This document shows positions 1 through 58,900 of a stretch of DNA of 64,000 nucleotides, one piece after another. The notes below the pieces were generated by a model that was given only the letters and a program-made list of their open reading frames with translations, had not been told where the DNA came from and made no database searches. Both the position numbers and the translations under genes were made by a program. Source of the stretch: Balanoglossus misakiensis (Eukaryota; Animalia; Hemichordata); NCBI GenBank assembly GCA_040954595.2, contig CM082582.2:5378303-5442302 (forward strand). Reading direction: 5' to 3'. How positions within the stretch are numbered: position 1 is the first letter of the stretch; each line of letters begins with the position of its first letter.

Positions 1-179
1 AAAATTCGTTCAGCGATTTACAATGCACTCAACCTGTTCCTAAGGTAGAACCGAAATACCATATGCGTGGATAATTACTTTGGCACCGAGCATCGTCATG
101 GAAGGATGACATCTAATGACTTAGCAGTTGACCGCCAGCATCTACGAGACCGTAACATAGAACAATGCCGGTTGGGGTA

Positions 180-965
180 AGTCCTGCTTCCATTCCATTT
201 TGTGACAGTAACTACATTTTTGCGAGCAGTGAAGATAATACAAAATTAACAGGCCCGAATCCTGTATATACTGACTTGATCATGTGTTGATGATAGCTGA
301 AAAGCATGTGAGAAGAAGTAATGTCAAAAGTTTGACAGCATAAAATGATAAAGCAGGGAGTGGGGCCCCAAAGGAATTTCATTATTCTTGCTATTTTCAG
401 CCTCCATCCCCGTTCATTTTTGTTTATGCATTTTTGTGAGCGAAGACGATGCAAAGTATGTCACTATTAACAGGCCCGAATCCTGTATATACTGACTTGA
501 TCGTGTGTTGATGATAGCTGAAAAGCATGTGAGAAGAAGTAATGTCAAAAGTTTGACAGCATAAAGTAGGGAGTGGGGCCCCAAAGGAATTTCATTATTC
601 TTGCTATTTTCAGCCTCCATCCCCGTTCATTTTTGTTTATGCATTTTTGTGAGCGAAGACGATGCAAGGTATGTCACTATTAAAAGGCCTGAATCCTTTA
701 TATACTGCATTGATCATGTGTGGATGGTTACAAAAAAGTCTGAGCAAATCAAAAGAATTTTTTTAATGCAGCTCCGGAGTGGGGCCCTATAGCGCTATAG
801 CCTAGGAATTTCACCATGCTTGCTATTGGCAGCCTACATCCCCATTCATGTTTGTTTATGCACTTTTACTAGTCAAGATAATTCAAAATATGTAATAATA
901 TCTATACTGTATTGATCATTTGTAGATCGAGAGATATTTCAAATATATGAAGCTTCGAGTGGGGC
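180..965. repeat. Degenerate tandem repeat, unit ~215-220 bp, ~3.5 copies
   Basis: aggcccgaatcc at 251, 472 and ~685; ggagtggggccc and attcttgctattttcagcctccatcccc recur with the same spacing. Confidence 0.85.
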
Positions 966-1682
966 TAGTGGCAGTGGAAGTCAACATTGGGGGGGGGGGG
1001 GTAACCGCAATAAAAATGTTGTTTTGTGTTCCAATACTATATCAATGGATACCCATAATATTTAAATCATTGGCTGAATAATTTTTTTTTGATAAACCAT
1101 GATCTCGGACCACAGGATTATTTAACCCCTGCATGCCTGCGATTTGTAACAATAATGATTCCTACTTTAATTGAACCCCAGATATTTGCATAAGAATGAA
1201 ATAAATGATCTTGGTTTTGCAGGAGTGGTGATACTGGTTATGGGAAGGAGCAGTTGTTATTTTATTAGGCACCACAAAAATATGAAAAAGTCAACAAGTA
1301 GCATTTATGTTGAAGCATACACGGTATGTATAATTAAGTAGATTTTGTTATTTTTTAATATCCATTTTTGTCATCTAGTCATCTGTTTTCTTTACAGTTT
1401 AGTTTGTAGGGACTTCATTATAAAATACCAACCATGTGGTTATAATTTCAGTATTGCATTTGGGAAGAGATTTTACTATTTATGCCTAAAAACTAATTTT
1501 AAAGGAACATGCCTATCTGTATTTATTAATATAGTCCAGCTATCATGTATGTAACATGTATTCAGTTATAGTCAAAGGAAACAATTCACTAAACTCTAGG
1601 TGCGAAATTTCATGCATTGCTCATTGAATCAATTTCATCTTGTTTGTTACATGATGTGTATCTCATGGTTATGTTTGTGTTT

Positions 1683-2313
1683 CATGGTTGCTGCCTATAA
1701 CATTAGGATGGCACCATATTGTAGTGTTGTATCGATCAGTCTCATGTTCTCATATGGTTGCTGCCTATAACAGTAGGATGGCACCATATTGTAGTGTTGT
1801 ATCGGTCAGTCTCATGTTCTCATATGGTTGCTGCCTATAACAGTAGGATGGCACCATATTGTAGTGTTGTATCGGTCAGTCTCATGTTCTCATATGGTTG
1901 CTGCCTATAACAGTAGGATGGCACCATATCGTAGTGTTGTATCGGTCAGTCTCATGTTCTCATATGGTTGCAGCCTATAACAGTAGGATGGCACCATATC
2001 GTAGTGTTGTATCGGTCAGTCTAATGTTCTCATATGGTTGCTGCCTATAACAGTAGGATGGCACCATATCGTAGTGTTGTATCGGTCAGTCTCATGTTCT
2101 CATATGGTTGCAGCCTATAACAGTAGGATGGCACCATATCGTAGTGTTGTATCGGTCAGTCTCATGTTCTCATATGGTTGCTGCCTATAACAGTAGGATG
2201 GCACCATATCGTAGTGTTGTATCGGTCAGTCTCATGTTCTTATATGGTTGCTGCCTATAACATTAGGATGGCACCATATCGCAGTGTTTTGTGGTATGTG
2301 TGTCAGTCTCATG
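1683..2313. repeat. 70-bp minisatellite, ~9 copies
   Basis: Unit catatggttgctgcctataacagtaggatggcaccatatcgtagtgttgtatcggtcagtctcatgttct starts at 1751, 1821, 1891, 1961, 2031, 2101, 2171 and 2241, plus a partial copy at ~1683. Confidence 0.97.
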
Positions 2314-3099
2314 GTCATTCCCCATTGATAAATAGAGAGACACTATCTTCTTTTGTTGAGTATGTCTCATACGAGTCATTGTCATATTTTCTTGTGTAGA
2401 TATGTGTTATGTGTTGTTTTCATGCTGGAAATTGTTTCTAATATACACTCATGTTAATTTCTAACAAGATTGTTTTCTCTTTTTGTTTTTCACTATTTGA
2501 GAGTGTTTCCCATTGAAAGAAGACGAAGTTTCATAGTTAGGAAGAAGATACTCAAGGCTACTGCCATGACTCCAATACTCAAATGCATATAAAGGAGGAT
2601 TTAAAAGTACTTTTCCACACTAAATGGTGACTTTGAAATCTGTATTCATGTCAGTTTTGACAAACAGTAGATTCAAAAAATGAGGCATTTTGATGGATTG
2701 AAATGATTTTCCCTAACCACTTGAACGGAAAATGAGATAAAAGTTTTATAGTATATATTTTCTATCATTTATGGGGTTAATTCATTTGATTTACATAATA
2801 CCATGTATTTACCGTTGTTCCTTTTTTCTTACATTGTCATTACAATAATAATGATTGACCAAAAAAGATCTTTCTCGGTGTGCTTTTTTGACAGGTTAAC
2901 ATACCATTGACTGTGGAGTACTAAGATGCTGCACATTATGACACATGTTATGCTTCAAGACCAAGTTATTTAAGGGCATAGTAACTAACTTTGGGCTATT
3001 TTTTATGTATTTTTGTTCAGTGTATCGACTCCTTATTTCTGTTCTACTCCTTAAAGCATGATTAACTGCCCAGGTTCGGGATCTCAACTTTGGCCTTTG

Positions 3100-3968
3100 C
3101 AAATGAGTTCAGGTCTGGACTAAAATTATGTTTTTTGACAATTGCTGATTGTACAATTATGGCAGTGTATAGAATCTAGTAAATGGCATTGCATCATGCT
3201 TTGGTGAGTTGAACAAGAAACTGCAGTCACTTGAAAGAGCAAAAATGCTAAAAATGGCCCAAATTTATAACTATAGCTTTTAGGTAAACAGAAGCAAAAC
3301 ATGCAATTCAAATGTTTGGCTTGCTTACAAACTGCATTCTGTGTAAGAATGGTTTGTATACATGCCAAAGCCCAAGCAGAGTGGCAGATTTTTAAACCAC
3401 TGCTCAAGCATTCTCAGTTTGTCAGCAAACCAGGAAATGCTAATTTTTGGTTTGCTGGCAAACTGAAGTGATTCATGTTTGGTTTGCTAGCACACCAGTT
3501 TTAAGTAGAAGTTGGCTTTCAGACAAGCCAATGTAAATTTTAAGGGTTTACGTACAGCCCCCTTGTATTATTCGACGGTTTGTTGGCAAGCCATTGTTTT
3601 AGAAAGTGGCTTACATGCAAGCCATCATGATATATTCATTGGTTTATATACAAACCCCTTAGATTTGTGATGGTTTGTTGACAAACCACTGGATAATGAA
3701 TCGGTGCGTCTTCAAGCTCATTTTCTGAATAGAATGGCAGGCCAGCAAGCCATATTTCATTACTATGGTTGGCCTACACACCACTCATTAAAGTTGCTGT
3801 GGTCTATCAGCAAGCCGGTAAGTTATATAAAACGGCAACTCAGCAAGATAAATTCAAGCCAAAATCAAGCCAAATTTGAAGAAACAAAAGAAGCCGATTT
3901 GCGACAAACAAGCCAGTTTGAATTTGGCTTGAATTTAGCTTGCAGGAAAGCCAGAAGAATTTGCAGTG
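3100..3968. mobile_element. Probable terminus of a CACTG/EnSpm-type DNA transposon with AAGCC(A) subterminal repeats
   Basis: Dense aagcc/ggctt motifs in both orientations ending in ...aatttgCAGTG (3964-3968; CACTG on -). The other end was not identified. Confidence 0.4.
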
Positions 3969-3980
3969 TAGAACTGTTTG

Positions 3981-3986
3981 TTTATT
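3981..3986 (-). terminator. Probable polyadenylation signal (AATAAA) of the giant gene
   Basis: tttatt on + is AATAAA on -, about 500 nt downstream of the stop codon. Confidence 0.45.
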
Positions 3987-4491
3987 GAACAGAAGCGTTC
4001 GCTAATGAAGAGGTTCAAAAATTACAAACTAAACATTCATAATTCATTATTATGATCTTAATTTAGCGTTTTAGCGAAATGTGATGGTAAAACCAATACC
4101 TCAATTGCAATTGTCAAACGAGGCATCGGTTTTGTTAAAGTACAGTGCACACAACAGGCAACATGCTAGAAAATGAAGTAAAACATCACAACCAGAGAAC
4201 AACTTTCTAACAAGTGAAATTACTTGCCAATGACTTGTCCATAGCGTCTTGATATTTCAAGTTGCAACAAAACAATGTCCTTACACTATGTACGATTACT
4301 CACACATTTTGCGAACATAACATGCATGTTAGTCTTTGCGCAGTTACACATTTTTCATTTAAATTTTGTTACATTTTCTACCGAGTATCCTATATGTTTT
4401 CGCGTTAGTTGACAAACAATTTGGAATTTATAAAGGTCAGTTCCGGTCCATTGTCGTTATCTCTGCGTCCACGGTCCGCTGATATTTTGCT

Positions 4492-48732
<44,241 letters not shown>

Positions 48733-49403
48733 ATTTTCCCCCGAGCACCGTCGAAGATTTCTCTTTCTTCCGCCTGGTCTTCGTGGTTCTCGGTTCTGAG
48801 ATTTCGTTTGGCATGAAACTCACTCTTTGTAGGACTTCGCAGAGTTGAACATTTCTTTCTTGCACCTGATTGGCGGGACAGTTTTTGGGTGACAGGATTG
48901 TTTTGTAGGGGTGTTTTATTACCTGTAAGTGTGAGATGACAAGGGCCTTTTTGGAATGTGTCAGAGTTCACGCCAAATTTCCGTTCCTTCTCTTACCTAA
49001 AGTCAGGCTTTCAAAAATCACATCTGCTTATAATCGATAAATGAGTTTGTACGAGTGGAAAAGAAAGGCGGTAGTTTATATTAGCGGCCCTTAACAACTG
49101 CACTAGCACTTCAGACAATCGATTGTGCCAGTGGTAGTATATCGCTCAATCGTATACACGCACGGTCTAATAGTATTTGTGTTTGTGGTGTTTAAGAAAA
49201 TATTTACTTACGTCTCATTGAAAGGAGAGTCTAGACGGGAACGTTCTCGAACAGAACACGACCTAATTAGAATGGGCCAAGGCGTACATGTATACATTCA
49301 TTTCGCATGGCCATTTTGCCGGGCCAGAACCCTGCAGTGATGTGAAAGCTCCCAATTTCATTCATCCTTTCATCTGTTCGTTTCGACACTCATTTACTCG
49401 TCC

Positions 49404-49407
49404 ATTT

Positions 49408-49463
<56 letters not shown>

Positions 49464-49527
49464 TTCATTCATTCATTCATTCATTCATTCATTCATTCAT
49501 TCATTTATGTTCTTTCATTCGTTCATT
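49404..49527. repeat. (TTAT)n(TTCA)n microsatellite
   Basis: Directly visible. Confidence 0.95.
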
Positions 49528-52500
49528 CGGCGCCTTTCGAGTGAAAAGTTCTTTCTGAATTAGTATGATACACTTGTATAGTCCATAAAGCAGATGACGA
49601 TACCCTTCCCCGCTAAGGATTTTGGTAGAACGGTTAATTTCGCAAATCTCTCTTTATCAAGCTGCTTACACTCATATCCAATAGGAAGTTGTTATGGTAA
49701 ATGACAATGATATTTTCAGGTAGCCAAATTACAAACTGATGCACTGATGAAATTACCCTCTCGCGATTCAAACAAACTTTGAACTTTGTTGCCTCAAGAT
49801 TTTGAATGACAAGTTTGCCGCCCACGCAAGGAAAGCGGGAATTTTGGATCCAAGCCCACAGGTGATACATGTAGCAACCAGCGGCCATTAAGTGACAGGA
49901 GCGCAGATAATAGAACGAATATAATTAATTAAAATTGACGTCACGCTGCAATATGAAAGACATCTCTTATAGTTGAATTTCATTTACAGGTACATGTATG
50001 CCAACGAGAGACACGTGACATAAAAAAATCATCATACCCCAATAGATCATTCGAAGCCAACACTTAACGATCATTGTAATAGTCATTTCATTATGTTTAA
50101 ACTCACAATCAAGATTGGCTGGAATTGGAACGTTTCCTTGGGGATTACGCGACCACCCATCATTCATGTACGAAATGACAATAAATGTAGATTTCCTCAT
50201 ATACTAGAGAGGATTATTTTCACGTAATTACGCGTATACGTCTGCCATGTCACGGTCAACGCCTCTGGCCATTGGCCTCTCCGCGTATACATGTAAAGCT
50301 CAATATGGATATATGTGTTCTCTTTGGCCGATGAATTTCACTATCACCGTTCACCAATCCGTTTCAATTAGTATCTATTACTCCATAAAATGGCATTTCC
50401 GTTTTGGGCTGTCCATATTATTCATTGTTTCTTCTGTGAGGCCAAATAATGTATACTTTTGATACTACTACTGTCAGCAGAAGAAGGTAACAAAGTCCCA
50501 AGCTCCGTCGTGAGAGACTCTGGTTGCCAAAGTGCCTTTAATGACCACCAAGAACTATTGTCATTTCGTGACGCCTCTGGTAATGGCCACCGTTTTATTT
50601 TCGTCTATTCTGTTGTATTCTATTGTATCCTATTCTTTTTTTCATATTTTGTTCTATTCTCTAGTACAAGCTGGCTGGCCTGGCCGCGCATGGCGCTCTT
50701 CGTGCTCCTAATAGATGCATTCAAGTGTCCAGTGGCGGGTAAGCGAAGTCTGCCAAGCGAGACCAATACTAACAGATGAACTTGCCCCTATCCTTCCTTG
50801 TGCATGAAATTGGCCTAGTCATCATCACTAACTGTGGAAACCCGCCTTTAATACTGAAACATGTTCAGAGAGCCAATAATAGCAGTGTTTGTATATGCGA
50901 TGCAGAAAGCTGGTAGTTTAAATACATGTAGTGTCATGTACCAATTGCATTTTCGACTTCAGGAATAAGGGGATTTTATTTTGTTTTCATTTGTAAAGAC
51001 ACATACACGCACAGTGACAACGTTCAGAGAAGTAACGTAACTTTTATTCAAACATTGCATTGATTTTACATGTGTGTTTATCTTCTGTAACCATACTATT
51101 TGTACATGTACATGTGAAAGCAATGCCGCTATGTTAGCCTTATCTACACATTTACATTATTTTTACATTCATTTATATGTTGTACAAAAATGTACTTGTA
51201 TAGGCATTAGTATTCTATTCCCTGCCGTGAACAGCAATGTTTGCCTTCAGTGGGACATTAGAAACGACATACACCTCTGTACATGATGGGGCATGTACGT
51301 GTCAATAAGTCTGTTTCTCTTGCTGACGAGTCTGTCGCTCAAAAAACGTACCAGTAGAAACAAATAAAGAGTTGGCTGGTTTTAAAATAGTCGTGACATA
51401 CTCACTTTCACCGGTTCAACGCGCAATTAATCACGAGCCTGTTCATAGGCAACATCCGTCGGATATAAAAATAAGTTGGTCATTTTGTGTGCAAAGCACC
51501 TCCCTCAGTCGGCCATGCTGCTAGAAAAATAAATATAAATTGTTGAATCTAACGGAAACAAGGCAAATATAAGAGAATCTCTTGAGATCTTAGACAGTGT
51601 TTTTAATAATTATTTTATATTTACTCTGTCAAAGTGTATGGGTACTGTTAGTCTTTCCTTCCGTTGTCCTGTATTGTCACGTTTCTGTTCTGTAACTCTT
51701 TAATTAATTAATTAATTAACACAAATTAAAAAATAAGTTGGTCATGTATTCGGATTTCGTGATGTCAAGATGTGACTTTTTCCAAAGTAACACTAAAAAT
51801 CTGCCCGTGGGGGGGGGGGGTCATCGCATTTTTACCATCATGGACGAATCTGCAAAATATGAATGAGAAAAAGCCAAAATAAAGGAGCGAATGTTCTAAG
51901 CTGTAGAATATATTATTTTTCCTACTGACACACTAAGCTGTTGACAGTCGGGCGAGGCTTCAAAAGTGTTACTTTTAGGTGATGACAAGTCTGACTACAA
52001 GGCATAATATTTGCATTTTATAATTGTTATACTGGTCACACGTTATTTATAACTATAATTCACTGACCTTGATGGTGATCACGTGACCTAAAAGCTCGAA
52101 GGTGGGTGTACACAACTTCTGTAAACGAACGGTTGTGACGGTTCAAATAAGTATCAGAAGGACTATAGAACTGCAAGAAGTATATCGGTATATACTAGTA
52201 TAGCGATTCATTGTTAGCGAATGAGAAAATTTCATGGATTAAAAATGAGATAAAATGGCAGCTATTGGGCTTTCAAATATAGTGAATGTTTCACTACTTC
52301 GGGTAAACAGCAAAGCGAAAGCGTGGGGTTTAACATCACACATAGTAATAAGTAATATGATTAACTGTTTGAATAAAAGCGAATATAACAGTGATAGGTT
52401 GTTAGCTTACACCGTATAAAATGAAGGTATTTTCCGGGGTGTTGTTTCCAATATTGCAATTAGTGTCCGATACAATTAGAAAGACACAAAATCAGCTGGA

Positions 52501-52829
52501 CTGACTGTACCCAATCCATCTCTGCCTGTCAAACTGCGTCACAAATCAAAGGTGAAATATGACGTCAGCCTCGCTTCGCGTTCTGGTTGCAGTCAAAAAG
52601 CTTTCATTGTTCATACATGCAGTTCCGTGCTGGGACAGTGTCGCTAAGCGGGCGGGCACGTATGGTAAATTTCTGCGTGGCTTCGTTTTGAGTTGGGCCG
52701 CCGCCCTGCGTCGATATACAACCGAAATCTTTTTATTCGTGCCCGTATGGGTGAAAATGCAATGATAAGAAAAACGGATTCTCCAGTGATAAGTCGTACT
52801 CCTACATCAACCTAATTTGTCCAGACAGC

Positions 52830-52905
52830 ATGATGCGGATAGAGGCGTGTGCAGTGTATACCCTGTGCTTGGCCGTATCACTTTTTGTCTTTATTACCGT
52901 TAATG
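52830..52905 (+). CDS. nAChR exon 1 (signal peptide MMRIEACAVYTLCLAVSLFVFITVN)
   Basis: ATG followed by a hydrophobic stretch ending at a G|GTGAGT phase-1 donor. It joins in frame to exon 2 (G-VLG-VYPDEKDL). Confidence 0.75.
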
Positions 52906-55900
52906 GTGAGTATATGTCTAGAGAATTGTTCTTCACCTGTGCAATTGCATCTGAGTGCGCGTCTGGGATCAAATTTTCATGTTGAATATTTATCTATATC
53001 TCGAAATAAAAGAACATTTGAACAGCAAAATACATGTATATCGAGTGATTGACCTCTTTAATTTGTTTTAATACCTGGACGATATCATATAGGAGAGAAA
53101 ACATTGTTCGCATCGGCGACGACAACACATTAGCTCTTCTGTTTCTTATAACCAAGCAGCGACCTGTCTTTCGAAAATTAAACTGTGATGGAAAACTTCA
53201 CGTATATTTTAACTTTTAGCTATTTAACAGCAGATAAAACGGTGACATTTACGCATAAATGGGAACTTTTACGCAGTAATCGACACGACCTGCAATGTAC
53301 TGTTTATTTCATATTCGAATTATAAATAGCTCAGTATTTGCCATGCCGTGCAACAACTATATGACGGGCACTGTCATTCCATGTGTCTCACTCCTGTCCT
53401 ATCAAAAGTGCCTCCGCTGTACCAACGATTTTCTAAGTTAATAGGATGGCCTCTCATCATAACCTTCAATTGATTGTGCTATATGAATTGTATGAATGAG
53501 TTCATACAATAACACGGAGCGATCATTCAAGATGCAATAATTGAATTCACTAAAATTGCTGCTTACATGTCAATTACTGATTAATTTTCTCCGATTTCCA
53601 TTCACGGAAATATGGCAATGTTGTGTGAAATTATGCATAAATTTTGATGAAATATATCTGATGTAGCTAGATGTAAAAACACTAAGATGATTTATATTGT
53701 TGTGTCAGCGTCTCTGACTGTTCCTCGACATCAATCTGAGAACTTAAATTGCTAGCGATAAATATAAAATGCGTAATGCATATAGTGTTGTGTATGCTGA
53801 GATCTGATTCAACACAAAGAATTGTTCTCCGCGTAATTGAATCACATCACATTTCACAAAAAAGCGGCTGTCAACTGAAATGACATCAACATTTAATGGC
53901 TTCCAGGGGCCACCGGAAAAAAAAAACACGCGCCCCTTCAAATACTGCTTTTGATTGACTTTGCCTAGTTTATACGGCAAACTTCGATAATTACTGCTTC
54001 GTGAAGTCTGTCCGAAATGAACTCTTCGGGGAATTTAGAAAATAAGACGGTTTCCCCTCTGGGTAAATCATACATCCGATTTCAACAAAGGGCATGTATG
54101 CAGCAACGGATAAATATAGCCAGCTCCGCGGTTCGATCACAAATTCTTGGGAAAGCTATAGGAAGTCCATATATAGTTTACCCAGTTACATTTTTTTCGG
54201 TCAACAACTGTCTATACTTTAAATGTTGTGGCGAAGGTGCGATATGCCACGTTAAAGGTACATGTACACCACGTGGTATAGCAAACTCAGCATATGTATA
54301 TGGTCGCTTAAGGATTGGTTTTAATAGTTGAGTGAAATTTTCTCACATACATTTTGATACAAATGTTAAATAAACTAAATAAAGTAGATACATCGCTCGT
54401 GTACGTGTATGTGAAATCAATTGCGTATCTTCCTTAAAGTGTCATGTTCAAATATCATTTCGATTAAACTACATATAAATATTGCTTTCTTAATGTAGAA
54501 AAAGAAATTGACGTGAAAATAATACAATAGGTATATAGCGATGGCCAGATTTAGGGCATACACAGTGGAGGAATTATATTTATGTAACAATGTTCTATTC
54601 GGGGAATTTTTTGAACAGAAGTAAACATACTACTTTTTGACAATTTTAGCGCAGTAGTGAGCAACCAAAATGCGATGGTTTGGTAGGCCTTGACCAAGTC
54701 ATGGGGAAAACAATTTGTTTGTTTGTCGCGTGTACAAAAATAACACGACTATTAAAACTGCATTAATTGACCTCAGCCTGAAGGCCCTTCGCGATATCAT
54801 CACTTCGATGACTAACGTAAAGAATTGCTGATGTAGTTGTACACAGTGAAACGTACCTGCGACCATTATAGATAGTAGAAAATCTGCGACACACAAACAA
54901 AAAATGCACATGAATGTTCAGGCTAAGGCTAAGATTATACGAGGATTAGAATTTGCCGACTAGGTTAAGCCAAAATAGCCTGGAATGATCTCTTTGTGAG
55001 AGCAAACTTTCAATTTTATTGTTGTTATTGCGCACAGGTCATCATCAATTCACCCGTTGAGACATAGGTGTTGATTTGGTGGTTTTAACCGTACTACATA
55101 TAGTACAGTGCAATTTTGACCATCTATCGTTGGTCGAACGTACTGAATGTGTACATATAGATTTGTAAAAGACGAACACGAGTTTCGAATGTACCCATTT
55201 ACTAAAGGTCATGTGATGCGCATCATTTGCGATTTCATTAGTTTTTAAATAACAAGTCAAACTAAATGTACATGTTAAGTTTATTTTTGCTGGTAGATGA
55301 TGTGTAAAGTGCAACTGAACGGGTTGTACCAAACCTCCATGGAACTATTTCGGGATCACTGGTTATTACTAAAATTTGTTCGTTTTTTTATTTGTTATAT
55401 TTTATACGTTTTGTTCAGCTTTTCAGTACTGCAACCTTAAAGGGAGAAGGAATTTGTTGAATTCCCGCTACTGCACATTATAGAAGTCAAATTATGTTAT
55501 TATATACCCCTGCATCACAGAGGCCCCCAAATGTCTATTATGGCAACACTGGCGTATATTTCTCAAATGTCTGAAATCCAATTATCCAAAATTAGCTCTA
55601 ATCGCGTTGAATTAGGTGTCATATGTCATAAACGGTTAGCTGTACGAATCAGGGAAATAACTACATATTGCAGACATCGATGCGCATTATCTTCTGGCAA
55701 GATTCTCAAGACTATTCGCCGAAACTGTCTGGAAGGTTTTCTGCCATCACGATTAATTGATGATGATGACCACGGTACATTTATGCATCGAAAATGGTTA
55801 TAGAATCTTTCACACACACACACACACACTCATCTTCATGTTTGAATTGTGTGCATACGTTGATCTGCCCACCAAAACAACAGCAACAACAACAATAACA

Positions 55901-58900
55901 ATAATAATAATATTAATAAAGTAATAATAATAATAATGATGATACACCGTCGACGAAGTGATTGAACTACCGCCATTTCAATGCCAATTAAATAGGTATG
56001 GAATTGATCCAATAGGAATCCCTGAATCTCAAAGCAATTTACTTTTGCAATAAAATTACATGTTTATGCATATCGGTGACATTGAGCTGAAATTAATTTG
56101 TTCCCCAAATCTCAATGCAATTTATTTGGTGTGAAGTAAACAATTTTTTGAATGACATCAACGTTGGTGGATATGTGTAATTTCTGTGCTGATGTCCATT
56201 AAACCGTTCTATACAATTTTAGTATTTCCAGGGTCCATGCATTTTTCTTCGAGTGACTTCTTTCTTATTATTTTCTCAAAAGTTCAAGTATAATCGGTGA
56301 AATTAACTGTGACTAGTATTGTTCTTCGTACTATTGGTTTTAATGACACGCCGATTTATTCCGTGTACTGTTGATTTTTAGCGTATTATAATGCCTCAAG
56401 AATTGCTAGATAAAATGGGCTGTAGACCAGAATCACATTTCAAATATAAAGCTTTTCGTAGCATCAAAGTAAAAATTAATGAACATAATGTGAAGTGACA
56501 TTGGGTGAATTAGATTAAGTCATAATGTAAACATGTCGTCCCTGTGATAGGATTTTCTTGAAGGACTCTGTTCAATGATTATTATGAGATGAGTTTCCCT
56601 GTCATTGGTAATTAAGCAATATCGCCCCCCCCCCGCCCCGTCAATGGCACGTATACCATTGCACGAGATATACACGTAGAACACTTCATGACTGATATGC
56701 ACCAACCGCAGGCGAGTACATATAGGCCTATTGAGTGAATTGTGCTATATCGAATGCACAGTGATATACTCACCCTCAGCAGGGGTTATCGTGCGTGGGT
56801 AATTGCTATTATATCAAGTCGACTACATTTTGTTACGCCGTAGACATTACAATCAAAGAAAAGACTGCATTTAAAGACGTCTGAGGAAGTCACCTACAGT
56901 GTCAATTAAATACCTTGAGCAAATAACCATGTTGCCTTGACAATATTGCAAATGCCTAAAATGGTCATATAAATGCCAGTGATAAAAGTGATACCCCGAC
57001 TGATACAACGAAAGACAATATGATCAAGGTTAGTTTGAATTCTTAAATTCTTATATTAATCCGATAAATAGACGTAACGTTATTACAATCGCCTAGTATG
57101 ATACATTAAGTTAATATACCCACATACATTGCACACTGCTTAGTCTTAAATAATTAACTAAACAGGTCAGACATATCATATGACAAAAATGAAACTAGAC
57201 TAAAAGATGTCTAATTTGATTAATCCAATTATTCAGCTACCTGGTTATTCCTAAACTGTCTAAAATATTAAGCGGATGTCTACAGCAATGAATGAAGTGC
57301 ATTTAAATTTTTAGCAACATTAAATAGCCAAGATTATAAGGCGTATTCCTGTAATGCAATTGCAAATGGCGAACATGAATTGCAATGGTTAGTGTATTCT
57401 GAAACATTTAATGGAAGAGATAATATGAATGCTTATTGAAACGATTCATGGTTTAAAGGGTCAGCTAAAGACTTTAAAAGCACATCATAGTTGCCTCTAC
57501 AATGTAACATCACCACAAATGAAATAGATTATGAGAACGTGAGTATAAGATATTATTGAAAATATCTATAGGATCAGTTAAATACCTTATGGCAGAATTG
57601 CTATGGTTAGTGTGTACTGTCAATGGAGAGGACAGTGCGTTTTACAATCATTTTATCATAGCTACATGTGTACGGTCTTCTGTACATTTGCATTATCCCT
57701 GACTTTGACACCTGAAGTTTAAATGTTACTTAATGGGTTGAATACCACACTGAAATTTACCGCCTGTGACATGTTGAGCATGGACACATTTATATTCTTG
57801 ACCACTGCAGCTAGTATATCTGACCAATCCTTTCAGACATATTGATCAAAGTAATACTTTGTTCAGCTGAAATATAGGCTGTCGTGACTTCCTCAGATAT
57901 TTCATCAGTGAGTTTGACATCACATGAAAAATAACCAAGGCATTTGTCACAACTGGCTGTCCCGAATAAGATCAATCATCAAGGCATCATTAGCCATAGT
58001 AAATTATAATAATAGGAAAAGTCTGCTGGGCGTGCGACGTTTTTTGTTTGCACATTTGATTTACGTACAACGATTTATGGTTATTCGACTTAATTATTTG
58101 ATGATTTACATATTCGGCGAGTTATTAAACTTTGACAATACACCAGATGTACTTTCATCAATAGTCAATTCTGCACGGGTCATGGTAAAATTTCATTACT
58201 GTGGCGGTTTGTACGCAGTACTAATTATAAGCCAATTTGTACTTTTAATAATGCTGAGGGATTCGGCTATATATCAAAAACTGGCTAAATGTTAAAGGTA
58301 CGCCGGCTATACAAAACAGGCTATAATCTGCATAATTTACAATGTGTATATATATTTTACTACAAATTACTGTTGTTGAGTATTATATCAAAATTCCCTT
58401 TAAAGCCATACTCTCGCGAAAATATTTTAGAATTTAATTAGTACAGGCATAATATAAACACAGTTCTTTAAGATATATTACCCATAAAATTCGTCATCCA
58501 AATTCATTAAAATCAGGTGTACAGTTAGGCAAAAAGAAATTTAGGTTAAGGTGCCTTTTCCGTCTCAGTACTAGGTATATACTTAAGTAAATAAGTTATT
58601 CAATCGTCAAATATGCACCCACTATATTTTGCTTATTTCAGTATATGTTGACACACTCCATATGATGGTTTAAACATGTGACAAGAACAGGTAATTCTTG
58701 GCCATATCGCCACTGAAGTCTAATAAATATCCCGTCACAATGAGATGACCACGATTGATTGTTTCTTACGCTGCAATGTGTCTACAGACTCGGAGAGGAA
58801 TATCTGCGGGTTATTACAGTACACATGTTGGCAAGGTATTAACCGGAACACCTGGAACCAAGGTTATAAACCCTTTGTGCTTTAATCAATGTTGACGTCA

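Noticed and set aside
1683-2313. Regular array that could be mistaken for CRISPR
   Set aside because: The whole 70-bp unit repeats with no unique spacers; the context is eukaryotic and there are no cas genes.
52560-52567. CRE palindrome TGACGTCA upstream of the nAChR
   Set aside because: The same 8-mer occurs many times in this window, including in exons, so it has no discriminating value.
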